From an uncultured Candidatus Binatia bacterium (GTDB lineage Bacteria > Desulfobacterota > Binatia > UBA9968 > JAJDTQ01), in assembly GCA_965215605.1 (NCBI GenBank), contig OZ244070.1, positions 1,408,001 through 1,472,000 of the forward strand: a DNA stretch of 64,000 bases, read 5' to 3'. A model generated the notes under the pieces. That model saw only the letters and a program-made list of their open reading frames with translations. It did not search any database and was not told the origin of the DNA. This document shows, in pieces, positions 47,396-56,551 of the stretch. A program made the position numbers and the translations under genes. The stretch's first letter is position 1. Each line of letters starts with the position of its first letter.

Positions 47396-47415
47396 TTCCA
47401 CCCACCCCACCCCTG

Positions 47416-47433
47416 CCCCGGGTCAAGCCCGGG
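47416..47433. repeat. REP-like palindrome
   Basis: ccccgggtcaagcccggg, the same core as 34315-34338. Confidence 0.65.
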
Positions 47434-47450
47434 ACGGCGATCGCGGCCGG

Positions 47451-48611
47451 CTATCCGAGGCGGAAGAACTCGATGGCGTTGGCGGCCACCAGGCGGTGGC
47501 GCTCGTCCGGGGGGACGCCCTCCATCTGCGCGTCCAGGAGCTGCATGGAGTGCGGCCAGCGCGTGACGACGTGGGGAAAGTCGCTGCCCCACATCATGCG
47601 GTCCACGCCCACGTCGTGGCGCAGCCGGACGCCCACGCGATCCTCGAAGAACCCCCAGTAGGCGTGCTCCCTGAGATACTCGCTGGGCAGGCGTTTCAGC
47701 CGCGGCAGCCCCATCTGGCGCTCGGCCCAAAAGCGGTTGACGGAATACTCGTGGTCCATCTGCTCGTAGAAGTACGGCAGCCAGCCCACGTTGTTCTCGG
47801 CCCAGTAGATGCGCAGCCTGGGGAACCGGTCGAAGATCCCGGCCACCACCATCTGACTGGCCTCTACCGAGCCCGAGTGGTACGGGCCCTGGCGGGCCAG
47901 GCGCTGGACGAAGTCCGTGGGCGGGCGGCGCTCGCCCGGGGGTTCCTGGGGATACTGGAACAGCGGCGTCTCCCGGCTGCCGACCTTGGTGGTGAAGGAG
48001 GTGTGCACCACCACCGGCACGTCGAGGTCCAGGGCCGCGGCCCAGAAACGGTCGTCCTCGGGCGAAGGATAGCCCTTGCCGCTGGGGTAGGTGCTCAGCC
48101 ATACCGCCTTGAAGCCCAGGCGCTTGCAGTGCTCCATCTCCGCGATGTCGTCCTCGATGCCGCGGTTGGGAAGGATGCCCACGCCGATCAGGCGCTCCGG
48201 ATCGACGGCACAGTACTCCTCGGCCATGAATGCGTTGAAGTGGTGGATGATGCCGGCGTACACCTCCCGGTCCCGGATACCGGGACCGCGCACCTCCAGG
48301 GCGAACAGCACCTCGGCGTCGATGCCGTCCTGGTCCTGCTCGCGCAGCCGCTGCTCGGGGCCGCCGCAGCCGGGTGTGTTGTCGAAGTCGATGGTGGCGG
48401 GATCGAACTCTTCCGGGGGCCGGCCGGCATAGTAGCTGGTGCCGCCGTACACCAGCGGCCGCCCCTCCCGTTGCAGCGCGTCCCGGCCGTCGGGAAGGCG
48501 TATCCTCCGGCTGGCCCGGTCCCGGTACTTTGCGGGGATGCGGTGCCGCCACAGGTCGGGCGGCGCTTCGAAGTGGCTGTCCGCGGAAACGTGCCGGTAG
48601 TCTCTCCCCAT
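47451..48611 (-). CDS. Amidohydrolase_2-family protein
   Basis: SADSH, VVVH, FDRFPRL..YWAE and MWGSDFPH. Confidence 0.9.
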   Translation of the reverse strand: MGRDYRHVSADSHFEAPPDLWRHRIPAKYRDRASRRIRLPDGRDALQREGRPLVYGGTSYYAGRPPEEFDPATIDFDNTPGCGGPEQRLREQDQDGIDAEVLFALEVRGPGIRDREVYAGIIHHFNAFMAEEYCAVDPERLIGVGILPNRGIEDDIAEMEHCKRLGFKAVWLSTYPSGKGYPSPEDDRFWAAALDLDVPVVVHTSFTTKVGSRETPLFQYPQEPPGERRPPTDFVQRLARQGPYHSGSVEASQMVVAGIFDRFPRLRIYWAENNVGWLPYFYEQMDHEYSVNRFWAERQMGLPRLKRLPSEYLREHAYWGFFEDRVGVRLRHDVGVDRMMWGSDFPHVVTRWPHSMQLLDAQMEGVPPDERHRLVAANAIEFFRLG

Positions 48612-48628
48612 GAAGTCGTGATCCTGAG

Positions 48629-49474
48629 TCAGGCCGCTTCGGACAAGGGCCAGTCCAGCCATTCCGCCAACGCCCGCCCCAGGATCCACTCCTTCTCGGC
48701 CGCCGTCAGGTTTTGCAGCTCCTCGGTGAACAGCGTCAGCGCCTCGCGGTAGGGACAGGGAAGGTGGGACAGGTCCGTGCCCCAAAACACCCGGCGGGGT
48801 CCGAAGGCGTCCACCACCCGCCGGATCTGCGGGTGAAGCGAGGGATAGGGGTAGCTCTCGGTGGAATAGCACGGCAGCGCCGAGGCCTTCACGGCCACGT
48901 TGGGCAGGGCCGCGAGCTTGACGACGCCGTCGACGATGGGAGCCAGCGGCTTGCCGATGAGGCTCGAATTGAGCCCCATGTGGTCGATGCACAGACGCAG
49001 CCCGGGGTGGCGCGCGGCCACCTCGGCGAGGCGCGGCAGCGCATGGGGCGCCAGCGCCATGACCGGGACGTCGTGGCGCTCGGCCGCGGCCCAGAACCAG
49101 TCGATGGTGTCGTCGTCCAGCCAGGCGCGGTACCGGCCGCGATGGAAGGTCAGGCGGATCCCCAGCATGCCCGGCTGTTCCTTCCAGGCGGCCATGCGCT
49201 CCCGGCTTTCGGGCGCGTCCAGGGTCAGCCGGCCCATGACCGCGAAGCGGTCCGGGTGGAGGCGCGCGGCCGCCAGCGAGGTGTCGTTCCGGTCCGCTTC
49301 CCAGGTGGGCGGCACCAGCACCGCGCGGGCGACGCCGGCGCCGTCCATCTCGCGCAGCAGTTCTTCATGTCCCAGGGGCTCGGGGCGGTGAGGCTTGGCG
49401 GCGTCCACCCGGTCCCAAGGCTTGTCCGGGGTCTCGGCGGCCCAGATGTGGACCTGCGAATCGATGATCTGCAT
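48629..49474 (-). CDS. Amidohydrolase-family protein (lactonase-like)
   Basis: IIDSQVHIW, IDHMG, VKAS and FWGTD. Confidence 0.9.
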   Translation of the reverse strand: MQIIDSQVHIWAAETPDKPWDRVDAAKPHRPEPLGHEELLREMDGAGVARAVLVPPTWEADRNDTSLAAARLHPDRFAVMGRLTLDAPESRERMAAWKEQPGMLGIRLTFHRGRYRAWLDDDTIDWFWAAAERHDVPVMALAPHALPRLAEVAARHPGLRLCIDHMGLNSSLIGKPLAPIVDGVVKLAALPNVAVKASALPCYSTESYPYPSLHPQIRRVVDAFGPRRVFWGTDLSHLPCPYREALTLFTEELQNLTAAEKEWILGRALAEWLDWPLSEAA

Positions 49475-49508
49475 GGCCGGTCGGATACCAGTCCGGTGAC
49501 GGCCGCGG

Positions 49509-50678
49509 TTACCCGGCCGCCTGCGTCTCGGCGTCGCGGTAGGTCCACTGGAAATCGCGGTGGCGGTAGACCTCGTCCGGCATCAGGCTGGTGAGTTGCC
49601 GCTTGTCCAACTCGCCCTCGAAGCGCTCGCGGATCGACGGATCCTCGTCCGCGTACTCGATCTGGTCTTTGGCGCGGTCCTCGACCTTCTCGGCGTGGCC
49701 GCGGAACTGCCGGGGCGGATGGAGCGCCAGGTAGCGGGCCGGCGTGCCGCCGGCGTTGAAGTGCTGGTGGAACCACTTGCCCGGAGGGACGAACATGCTG
49801 GCCTCGTGCCACGGCGCCACCACTTTCTCCTTCCCCTCTTCCCACAGGATGGAGTAGCCCTCCCCGGCGGGGATGACGATGACCCGGCCCGGGCCGTGCC
49901 GGTGGGCCTTCTTGTAGGTGCGGGACGGGAACACCGACATGTGGCAGGACATCTCGGAGTTGGGGAAGGTCATGAGCACGCTGTGACCGCCCGCGCCCCG
50001 GCGGCTGCTGCGGTTGAGCTTGTTCCAGGAGCCCATGTCGGGGAAGAAGTTGCCGTACCAGAAGATGCCGCTGCGGCCGCCCCAGGTCCGGGTGGGGTCG
50101 CCGTCGCGCACGAGCTTGGCCTCGGAGTAGAGCTGGCCGCCGTTGGACAGGAAATCCTCCCCCTCGTGTTGATTGTTGAAGAAGAACGCCGGGTCGGTGT
50201 TGAGCGACATGGCCAGCGGGAGATAGCTGTAGCGCAGGAGCCGCACCGGCTGGTCGCCGCGCATGTTGCTCATGGTGTGGTGGTAGTTGTGCGGCACCTG
50301 GAACAGGCTGCGGGGCTGCCACTCGAAGCTGGTCTTGGCGCCGTTCTCGCCCGGCCACACCGTGGTGACGCCCTGGCCCTGGAGCACGTAGACCAGCTCG
50401 TCGAGGGCGAACTTCAGCGGCGGCAGCGTTCCCCCCGGAGGGATCTCCTGCACCATGGCGGAGGTGACCCCTTCCTGTCCCACGAGCTGGATGAAGGCGC
50501 TCTCGCAGCCCCGCTCCTCCCACCAGCCCAGCTCCACCGTACGCAGGTCCTCGATGAAGTAGCCCCGATGGATCGGCACGCCGGTGGAGGCCATCCAGTC
50601 GTCGTAGGTGTATTCCTTGACCTCCAGCTCGGGGGCAACGGAATCGTCGGAAGTCGTGTCGGGGTGGACCTGCGTCAT
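49509..50678 (-). CDS. Bicupin protein (distantly gentisate dioxygenase-like)
   Basis: EIPPGG...DELVYVLQG in the first cupin; KAHRHGPG and WFHQHFN in the second. Confidence 0.8.
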   Translation of the reverse strand: MTQVHPDTTSDDSVAPELEVKEYTYDDWMASTGVPIHRGYFIEDLRTVELGWWEERGCESAFIQLVGQEGVTSAMVQEIPPGGTLPPLKFALDELVYVLQGQGVTTVWPGENGAKTSFEWQPRSLFQVPHNYHHTMSNMRGDQPVRLLRYSYLPLAMSLNTDPAFFFNNQHEGEDFLSNGGQLYSEAKLVRDGDPTRTWGGRSGIFWYGNFFPDMGSWNKLNRSSRRGAGGHSVLMTFPNSEMSCHMSVFPSRTYKKAHRHGPGRVIVIPAGEGYSILWEEGKEKVVAPWHEASMFVPPGKWFHQHFNAGGTPARYLALHPPRQFRGHAEKVEDRAKDQIEYADEDPSIRERFEGELDKRQLTSLMPDEVYRHRDFQWTYRDAETQAAG

Positions 50679-50701
50679 CGATGGTTTCTCCTTGTTTCGA
50701 C

Positions 50702-51127
50702 TTACGAGGCGGCGACCTCGTCGAAGGTGGGCTCGGGCATGCCGTCCTTCCAGGTGGGGTCCCGGAGCTCGAGGCGGTTGCCGCTGGGATCCGAGAAGTA
50801 GAGCTCACGTCCCGGAAAATAGCCGCCCTTGCGGTAGTAGAGTTCCACCACCGCCACGTTCTTATCCTTGAACACCTTGCATGCCTCGTTCAGGGTCTCC
50901 GGGCTGACCGTGAAGGAGTGGTGGACGCGGTCGTCCTCCGCCTTGTCCGGGATCTCCCTGCGCTCGCACAGAAGGATGTTGTGGTCGCCCACGTTGAAGC
51001 ACGCCATGACGTCGTTGGCGAGCCGCCCCAGGGACTTGAGGCCCAGCAGATCGCCGTAGAACTTCTCCGCCTCGCCCAGGTCGTTCACGGGGATCGACCA
51101 ATGCGTAACCCCTTCGATCTTGAGCAT
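50702..51127 (-). CDS. VOC/glyoxalase-family protein
   Basis: THWSIPVNDL..AEKFY, HHSF and YFSDPSGNRLE. Confidence 0.9.
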   Translation of the reverse strand: MLKIEGVTHWSIPVNDLGEAEKFYGDLLGLKSLGRLANDVMACFNVGDHNILLCERREIPDKAEDDRVHHSFTVSPETLNEACKVFKDKNVAVVELYYRKGGYFPGRELYFSDPSGNRLELRDPTWKDGMPEPTFDEVAAS

Positions 51128-51264
51128 GTACCTGTCTCCTTTCCTTGACTGTTTGCCGGGCGCCGGGGCACTCGGGCTGACGTCAACCTACATGACCTCC
51201 CGCTCTTCGATCAAGGGGACCATCGTGCACTTCTCATCGAGGACCCCGATCATTCGGTCGACGA

Positions 51265-51344
51265 ACGGTGTTCCTTACCAGACCTTGATCAATCTGTACT
51301 TGCGTGACTGCGCCACCAGCGGAAAGAAGCTGCTCTTTCGGTAG
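51265..51344 (+). pseudogene. C-terminal remnant of a BrnA/CopG-like antitoxin
   Basis: Translates as NGVPYQTLINLYLRDCATSGKKL, with no matching N-terminus upstream. Confidence 0.6.
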
Positions 51345-51374
51345 TGATCGTCAGACGGCAGGGAGAGGGAGCCG

Positions 51375-53276
51375 TCATGCCTTGGGGTAACCCAAACGGC
51401 CCAGGTCCTCCCCGATCTCGTCCAGAATGGCTGGATCGTCGATGGTGGCCGGGGCGTTGTAGGGGGTGCCGTCGGCCATGCTTCGCACCGTGCCCCTCAG
51501 GATCTTGCCGGAGCGGGTCTTGGGCAGGCGCTTCACCAGCAGGGCCTGCTTGAAGTCGGCCACCGGACCGATCTTGTCGCGCACGAGGGCCACCAGTTCC
51601 GGCACCAGTTCCTTCTCCGTGGTCTCCACCCCCGCCTTCACCACGATCAGCCCCAGCGGCGACTGCCCCTTGAGCGCGTCGGCGACGCCCAGCACCGCGC
51701 ATTCGGCCACCGCGGGATGGGCGGCGAGCACCTCCTCCATGGCGCCGGTGGAAAGCCGGTGTCCGGCGACGTTGATGACGTCGTCGATGCGTCCCATGAT
51801 CCACAGGTAGCCGTCCTCGTCGCAGTACCCTCCGTCGGAGGTGACGTAATAGCCCGGATTCTGCTCCAGGTAGGCGTTGCGGTAGCCCTCCTCGTTGTTC
51901 CACAGGGTCGGCAGGCAACCCGGCGGCAGCGGCAGCTTGACCGTGATGCTGCCCATCTCGCCGGCCGGCAGGTCCCGGCCTTCGTCGTCCAGCACGCGGA
52001 CGTCGTAACCGGGCACCGCACGCGTAGGCGATCCCGGCTTCACCGGCAGCGTCTCGATCCCCATGCAGTTGGCCGCGATGGGCCACCCGGTCTCCGTCTG
52101 CCACCAGTGGTCGATGACCGGGACGCCCAGCATCTCCCGAGCCCACACCAGGGTGTCGGGGTCGCAGCGCTCGCCGGCCAGGAACAGTGCGCGGAAACGG
52201 CCGAGGTCGTATTTCTTGACGTGCTCGCCCCGGGGATCCTCCTTCTTGATGGCCCGGAACGCCGTGGGCGCCGTGAACAGGACGCTGACCCCGTGCTGGC
52301 TGATGACCCGCCAGAAGGCGCCGGGATCCGGCGTGCCCACGGGCTTGCCTTCGTAGAGGACGGTGGTGCAGCCCTTCAGCAACGGCGCGTAGACGATATA
52401 GGAATGGCCCACCACCCAGCCGACGTCGGAGGCGGCCCAGTACACCTCGCCCGCGTCCACGTCGTAGATGTTCTTCATGCTCCACTTGAGCGCCACGGCG
52501 TGGCCGCCGTTGTCGCGCACGATGCCCTTGGGCTGCCCCGTGGTGCCGGAGGTGTAAAGGATGTAAAGCGGGTCGGTGGCGGCCACGGAGACGCACGGGA
52601 CCGGGGCGGCCGCGGCCACCGCCTCGTTCCAGTCCACGTCGCGGCCGGCCGTCATGGCGGCCCGCGCCTGGGGCCGCTGCAGCACCAGGCAGGCGGCCGG
52701 CCTGTGCCGCGCCAACCGGATGGCCTCGTCCAGCAGGGGCTTGTACTCCACCACGCGGTTGACCTCGATGCCGCAACTCGCGCTCACGATAACCTTGGGC
52801 CGGGCATCGTCGATGCGGGTGGCGAGCTCGTTGGCGGCGAAACCGCCGAAGACCACCGAGTGGACCGCGCCGAGACGCGCGCAGGCCAGGATGGCCACCA
52901 CGGCCTCCGGCACCATGGGCATGTAGACGATCACCCGGTCGCCCGCGCCCACGCCGTGATTGCGGAGCGCGCCGGCGAAGGTCGCCACCGCGTCCCGGAG
53001 TTCCGCGTAGGTGAAGACCCTGGCGCTGTCCGTCACCGGGCTGTCGTAGATCAGCGCCGGGCGGCCGCCGTTTCCCTCCTCCACGTGCACGTCCAGGGCA
53101 TTGTAGCAGGTGTTGAGCGCGCCGCCGGCGAACCAGCGATAGAAGGGCGGCCGCGAGTCGTCCAGCACCCTCTCCCAGCGCTTGTCCCAGTGGATGTCCT
53201 CGGCGGCCTCGGCCCAGAAACCCTCGGGGTCGTTCAGCGCCCGTTGGTAAACGTCCGCGTACCGATTGTCGTTCAT
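51375..53276 (-). CDS. prpE: Propionyl-CoA synthetase
   Basis: YTSGTTGQPKG, RDNGGH, DHWWQTETG, AGHRLST and PKTRSGKILR. Start at ATG 53276. Confidence 0.9.
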   Translation of the reverse strand: MNDNRYADVYQRALNDPEGFWAEAAEDIHWDKRWERVLDDSRPPFYRWFAGGALNTCYNALDVHVEEGNGGRPALIYDSPVTDSARVFTYAELRDAVATFAGALRNHGVGAGDRVIVYMPMVPEAVVAILACARLGAVHSVVFGGFAANELATRIDDARPKVIVSASCGIEVNRVVEYKPLLDEAIRLARHRPAACLVLQRPQARAAMTAGRDVDWNEAVAAAAPVPCVSVAATDPLYILYTSGTTGQPKGIVRDNGGHAVALKWSMKNIYDVDAGEVYWAASDVGWVVGHSYIVYAPLLKGCTTVLYEGKPVGTPDPGAFWRVISQHGVSVLFTAPTAFRAIKKEDPRGEHVKKYDLGRFRALFLAGERCDPDTLVWAREMLGVPVIDHWWQTETGWPIAANCMGIETLPVKPGSPTRAVPGYDVRVLDDEGRDLPAGEMGSITVKLPLPPGCLPTLWNNEEGYRNAYLEQNPGYYVTSDGGYCDEDGYLWIMGRIDDVINVAGHRLSTGAMEEVLAAHPAVAECAVLGVADALKGQSPLGLIVVKAGVETTEKELVPELVALVRDKIGPVADFKQALLVKRLPKTRSGKILRGTVRSMADGTPYNAPATIDDPAILDEIGEDLGRLGYPKA

Positions 53277-53395
53277 GCGTACCCCCCTGAAGTGAGAACC
53301 TGGAGTTTCCAATAAACCCCGCGCACCGTGGCGCGCAAGCGGAACCCGACGCGCCCGCCCTGCGGTCGCGGTCTCCTTCCACCCCGCCCCCCACT

Positions 53396-53423
53396 CTGGA
53401 CCCCGGATCAAGTCCGGGGTGAC
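53396..53423. repeat. REP-like palindrome
   Basis: ctggaccccggatcaagtccggggtgac. Confidence 0.75.
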
Positions 53424-53512
53424 GTTGAGGGGGGCGGGGACTGCCGGCGGCGGTCTTTGACAGAGCCCTTCTTGTTGGTCTACGAACAGGTGGCCGAGGG
53501 GACTTGGGGACC

Positions 53513-55264
53513 ATGAGCTACAAGACGATTCATCACAAGGCCGACGTACTGGTCATTGGCGGAGGGGCGGCGGGCGCCATGGCGGCGATCCGGGCCCGGG
53601 AGGCGGGGGCGGATGTGCTGCTGGTGGACAAGTCGGTGTTCGGGCGGAGCGGCTGCGCCGCGCTGGCGTCCGGGGCCTACATCACCTACATGCCCGGCGA
53701 CGACATGATGCTCCACCTCGGCGGCCGCGGCGTGCTCACCAACCAGACCAAGGCCATCGAAGCCATTCACGCCACCTACGACGTGCTCAAGATCCTCGAC
53801 GGCTGGGGCGTGAAGTTCGTCAAGGAGGGCGGCGAGCTCTGGCGCGGCAAGGGCGGCTCCGGGGCGGCGGCCAGCGGCGGCCTGGCCGCGGGGCTGGTGG
53901 GCGGCGGCACGGCCATGATGAAGGTGATACGGGGAGTGGCGCTGCGCGACGGCGTCCGGGTGCTCAACCGGGTCTCGGTCACGGACCTGCTGACCTCGGA
54001 CGGCAGGCATCCCACCGATGGCCAGGTGGTGGGCGCGCTGGGGGTATCCGGACGCGAGCGCGAGGTCCACGTGTGCGAGGCCAAGTCCGTGGTCATGTGC
54101 GCGGGCGGGTTCAACTTCGGCTACAAGCGGCCGGGCCAGTGGTTTGCCGGCATGCCCCTCAACATCACCAGCGACGGGGTCGCCATGCAGATCCGGGCGG
54201 GCGCGGTGATGGGCAACATGGCGGTGGGCAGCAAGTACCTCCAGACCATGGAGTTCATGTGCGCCCCGGGCATCGAGCACTTCACCACCATGGGCACCAG
54301 CTACTTCAACAGCCGGGGCGAGGACGTGATGAAACGGTTCTCGGAATCCGAGGCCGAGTTCACCCGGCGGCTGTCGCTGGGACAGGCGGTGGCGCTCGAG
54401 ATGCTGGAAGGCAACGGACCCGTGTACCTGGACTGCACCAAGCTGCCGCCGGAGAACATCCGGCTGCTGTACGAGGTCATCCCCATCATCATGAACACCT
54501 TCGAGGCAGCCGGGTACGAGATCAGCAAGGAGAGGGTCCCGTATCTGCCGGTGCTGGCGGCCACCTACGGCTCCAGCCACGGCGGCGGCGCAGTGGTGGA
54601 CGACCAGTGCCGGACCTCGCTGCCGGGGCTGTTCGCGGCCGGCGCCAGCAGCGACGGCATGAACATCTCGCCGAACCTCAACCTCTCCTGGTGCATGGTG
54701 CTGGGCTGGTGGGCCGGGCTGCACGCCGCCGACTACGCCCGGAACGCGGACCTCCAGGGCGCCGTCGGGCAGCAGGTGGAGTCGCTGTCCAAGAGCACCA
54801 CGCAATACGTCAAGCCGGAAGGGACCGACTTCAACGAGGTCCACGGCAGGGCCGCGGACCTGTTGCACGAGTTGGGAGTCATCCTCAGCGACGAGAAGAT
54901 CACCCGGGTGCGGCGCGGGCTCACGGACATCCTGGACACCTATGACAACGTCATGGCCAGGGACCCCCACGACCTGGTGAAGGTGCTGGGACTGCGGAAC
55001 TCCATCGAGGCGCTGACGGCGGTGCTGGACTATCTGCTGCACCGGCAGGAAAGCCGCGGCTCGGTGATCAACCGTGACCATCCCGAGACCGACAACGAGA
55101 AGTGGCTGGTGTTGAGCAAGTCGATCATCGAGAACGGCGCGCTGAAGATCTGGGACGAGCCCATCCCGCGCGATGAGTTCTACGTGCACTACCGGCCCAG
55201 GACCGGGAAGGCCATGCACCCCTTCTTCAAGGTCGCCGGACAGGCGGTGGAGGAAGGGGAATAG
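53513..55264 (+). CDS. FAD-dependent oxidoreductase, SdhA/AprA superfamily
   Basis: DVLVIGGGAAG, RSGCA, TSLPGLFAAG and RQESRG. Confidence 0.85.
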   Translation: MSYKTIHHKADVLVIGGGAAGAMAAIRAREAGADVLLVDKSVFGRSGCAALASGAYITYMPGDDMMLHLGGRGVLTNQTKAIEAIHATYDVLKILDGWGVKFVKEGGELWRGKGGSGAAASGGLAAGLVGGGTAMMKVIRGVALRDGVRVLNRVSVTDLLTSDGRHPTDGQVVGALGVSGREREVHVCEAKSVVMCAGGFNFGYKRPGQWFAGMPLNITSDGVAMQIRAGAVMGNMAVGSKYLQTMEFMCAPGIEHFTTMGTSYFNSRGEDVMKRFSESEAEFTRRLSLGQAVALEMLEGNGPVYLDCTKLPPENIRLLYEVIPIIMNTFEAAGYEISKERVPYLPVLAATYGSSHGGGAVVDDQCRTSLPGLFAAGASSDGMNISPNLNLSWCMVLGWWAGLHAADYARNADLQGAVGQQVESLSKSTTQYVKPEGTDFNEVHGRAADLLHELGVILSDEKITRVRRGLTDILDTYDNVMARDPHDLVKVLGLRNSIEALTAVLDYLLHRQESRGSVINRDHPETDNEKWLVLSKSIIENGALKIWDEPIPRDEFYVHYRPRTGKAMHPFFKVAGQAVEEGE

Positions 55265-55272
55265 AGGCTGCC

Positions 55273-55500
55273 ATGGCTGAAGAATTGCATCTGCCGAAGG
55301 TCGAGATCTCCAGGGAAGCCTGCATCTCCTGCACGGCGTGCGACGACGCGTGCCCGACGGACGTGATCCGGATCGGCAAGGACGGCTACCCGTTCGCCAT
55401 GTACGAGGAAGACTGCCAAGGCTGCTTCATCTGCGAATGGGACTGTCCCGTCGGGGCCATCAAGATCCGCGTCGCGCGCTGGTACGAGGCGGGACGGTAG
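55273..55500 (+). CDS. 2x[4Fe-4S] ferredoxin
   Basis: CISCTACDDACP and CQGCFICEWDCP. Confidence 0.93.
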   Translation: MAEELHLPKVEISREACISCTACDDACPTDVIRIGKDGYPFAMYEEDCQGCFICEWDCPVGAIKIRVARWYEAGR

Positions 55501-55601
55501 GTGTCCCTTCGGCCCGTCCGGCGGCCTGACCCCAAGAGCGGAACGTCCATGCGGCCGGAAGTGCGCGAGGATGCCGCATCTCGCCCACCCCTCCATGTCA
55601 C

Positions 55602-56477
55602 ATGGCCATATTCTACGCCCTGATCGCGTCACTGGGCTTCGCGGTCTCCCACATCCTGATCCGCCGCGGGCTTGCACAGTCCAATCCCCTGGCGGGCTTC
55701 GCCATTTCCATCGCCATCTCCGCGTTGACGCTCTGGTCCATGGTGGCGGCCACCCTGCCCCTGGCCGTCTTCTGGACCCACGCCATCTGGTACTTCGCGG
55801 TGGGAGGCCTGTTCGCGTCCGGCCTGGGCCGCTGGCTGGTGTATGTCTCCATCGACCGGCTGGGGGTGGCGCGCTCCATCCCGGTGGTGAGCACGACGCC
55901 CATGTTCGCCTCGATCCTGGCCGTCATCCTGGTCGGGGAGCACTGGACGCTGGGCGCGTTCTTCGGCACCGTGCTGATCATCTGCGGCGTCATCGTGATC
56001 TCGCGCACCCACGAGGGAAAGGCCGATTGGCGCCGCGCCGACCTGATCTTTCCGCTGTTGGGGGCGCTGTCGTTTTCCTTCTCCGCCAGCGTCCGCAAGC
56101 TCGGTTTCTTCATCGAGAACCTGCCGCTCATGGCCTCGTGCGTGAACGCCACCACGGGCTTGGTGCTGGCGATCCTGATGATCTACGGCCAGGGCGGCCC
56201 GCGCAAGGTGCTGCCCATGTCCCGCTCGGTGTTCTGGTGGTTCGTGGCCGCGGGGATCTGCAACACCACCGGGATGCTGGCCAACTTCTACGCGCTTTCG
56301 GCCGGCGACATCGTCATCGTGGAGCCGCTCATCAGCACCAACCCGGTGCTGACCGTGGTCCTCACCGCCATCTTTCTGCGCGACGTGGAGACCGTGAACA
56401 TGCGGGTGTGCGTGGGCGTCGCGTTCACCTTCATCGGGACCCTGCTGCTGGTCTACTCCAAGACGAGTGGGGGTTAG
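55602..56477 (+). CDS. DMT/EamA-family transporter
   Basis: About 10 TM helices in two repeats (LVGE, FLRD). Confidence 0.88.
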   Translation: MAIFYALIASLGFAVSHILIRRGLAQSNPLAGFAISIAISALTLWSMVAATLPLAVFWTHAIWYFAVGGLFASGLGRWLVYVSIDRLGVARSIPVVSTTPMFASILAVILVGEHWTLGAFFGTVLIICGVIVISRTHEGKADWRRADLIFPLLGALSFSFSASVRKLGFFIENLPLMASCVNATTGLVLAILMIYGQGGPRKVLPMSRSVFWWFVAAGICNTTGMLANFYALSAGDIVIVEPLISTNPVLTVVLTAIFLRDVETVNMRVCVGVAFTFIGTLLLVYSKTSGG

Positions 56478-56551
56478 GCCGCCGTTCCCCGCCCCCGGCC
56501 GCCCGTTTTCGTGTCGTGTCCTTTCCCCGCCGCCTTCGCTACAATGACCGG

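Noticed and set aside
47319-47450. tRNA-Pro as the attachment site of an integrated element
   Set aside because: There is no integrase next to it, and I found no duplicate of the tRNA 3' end in the window.
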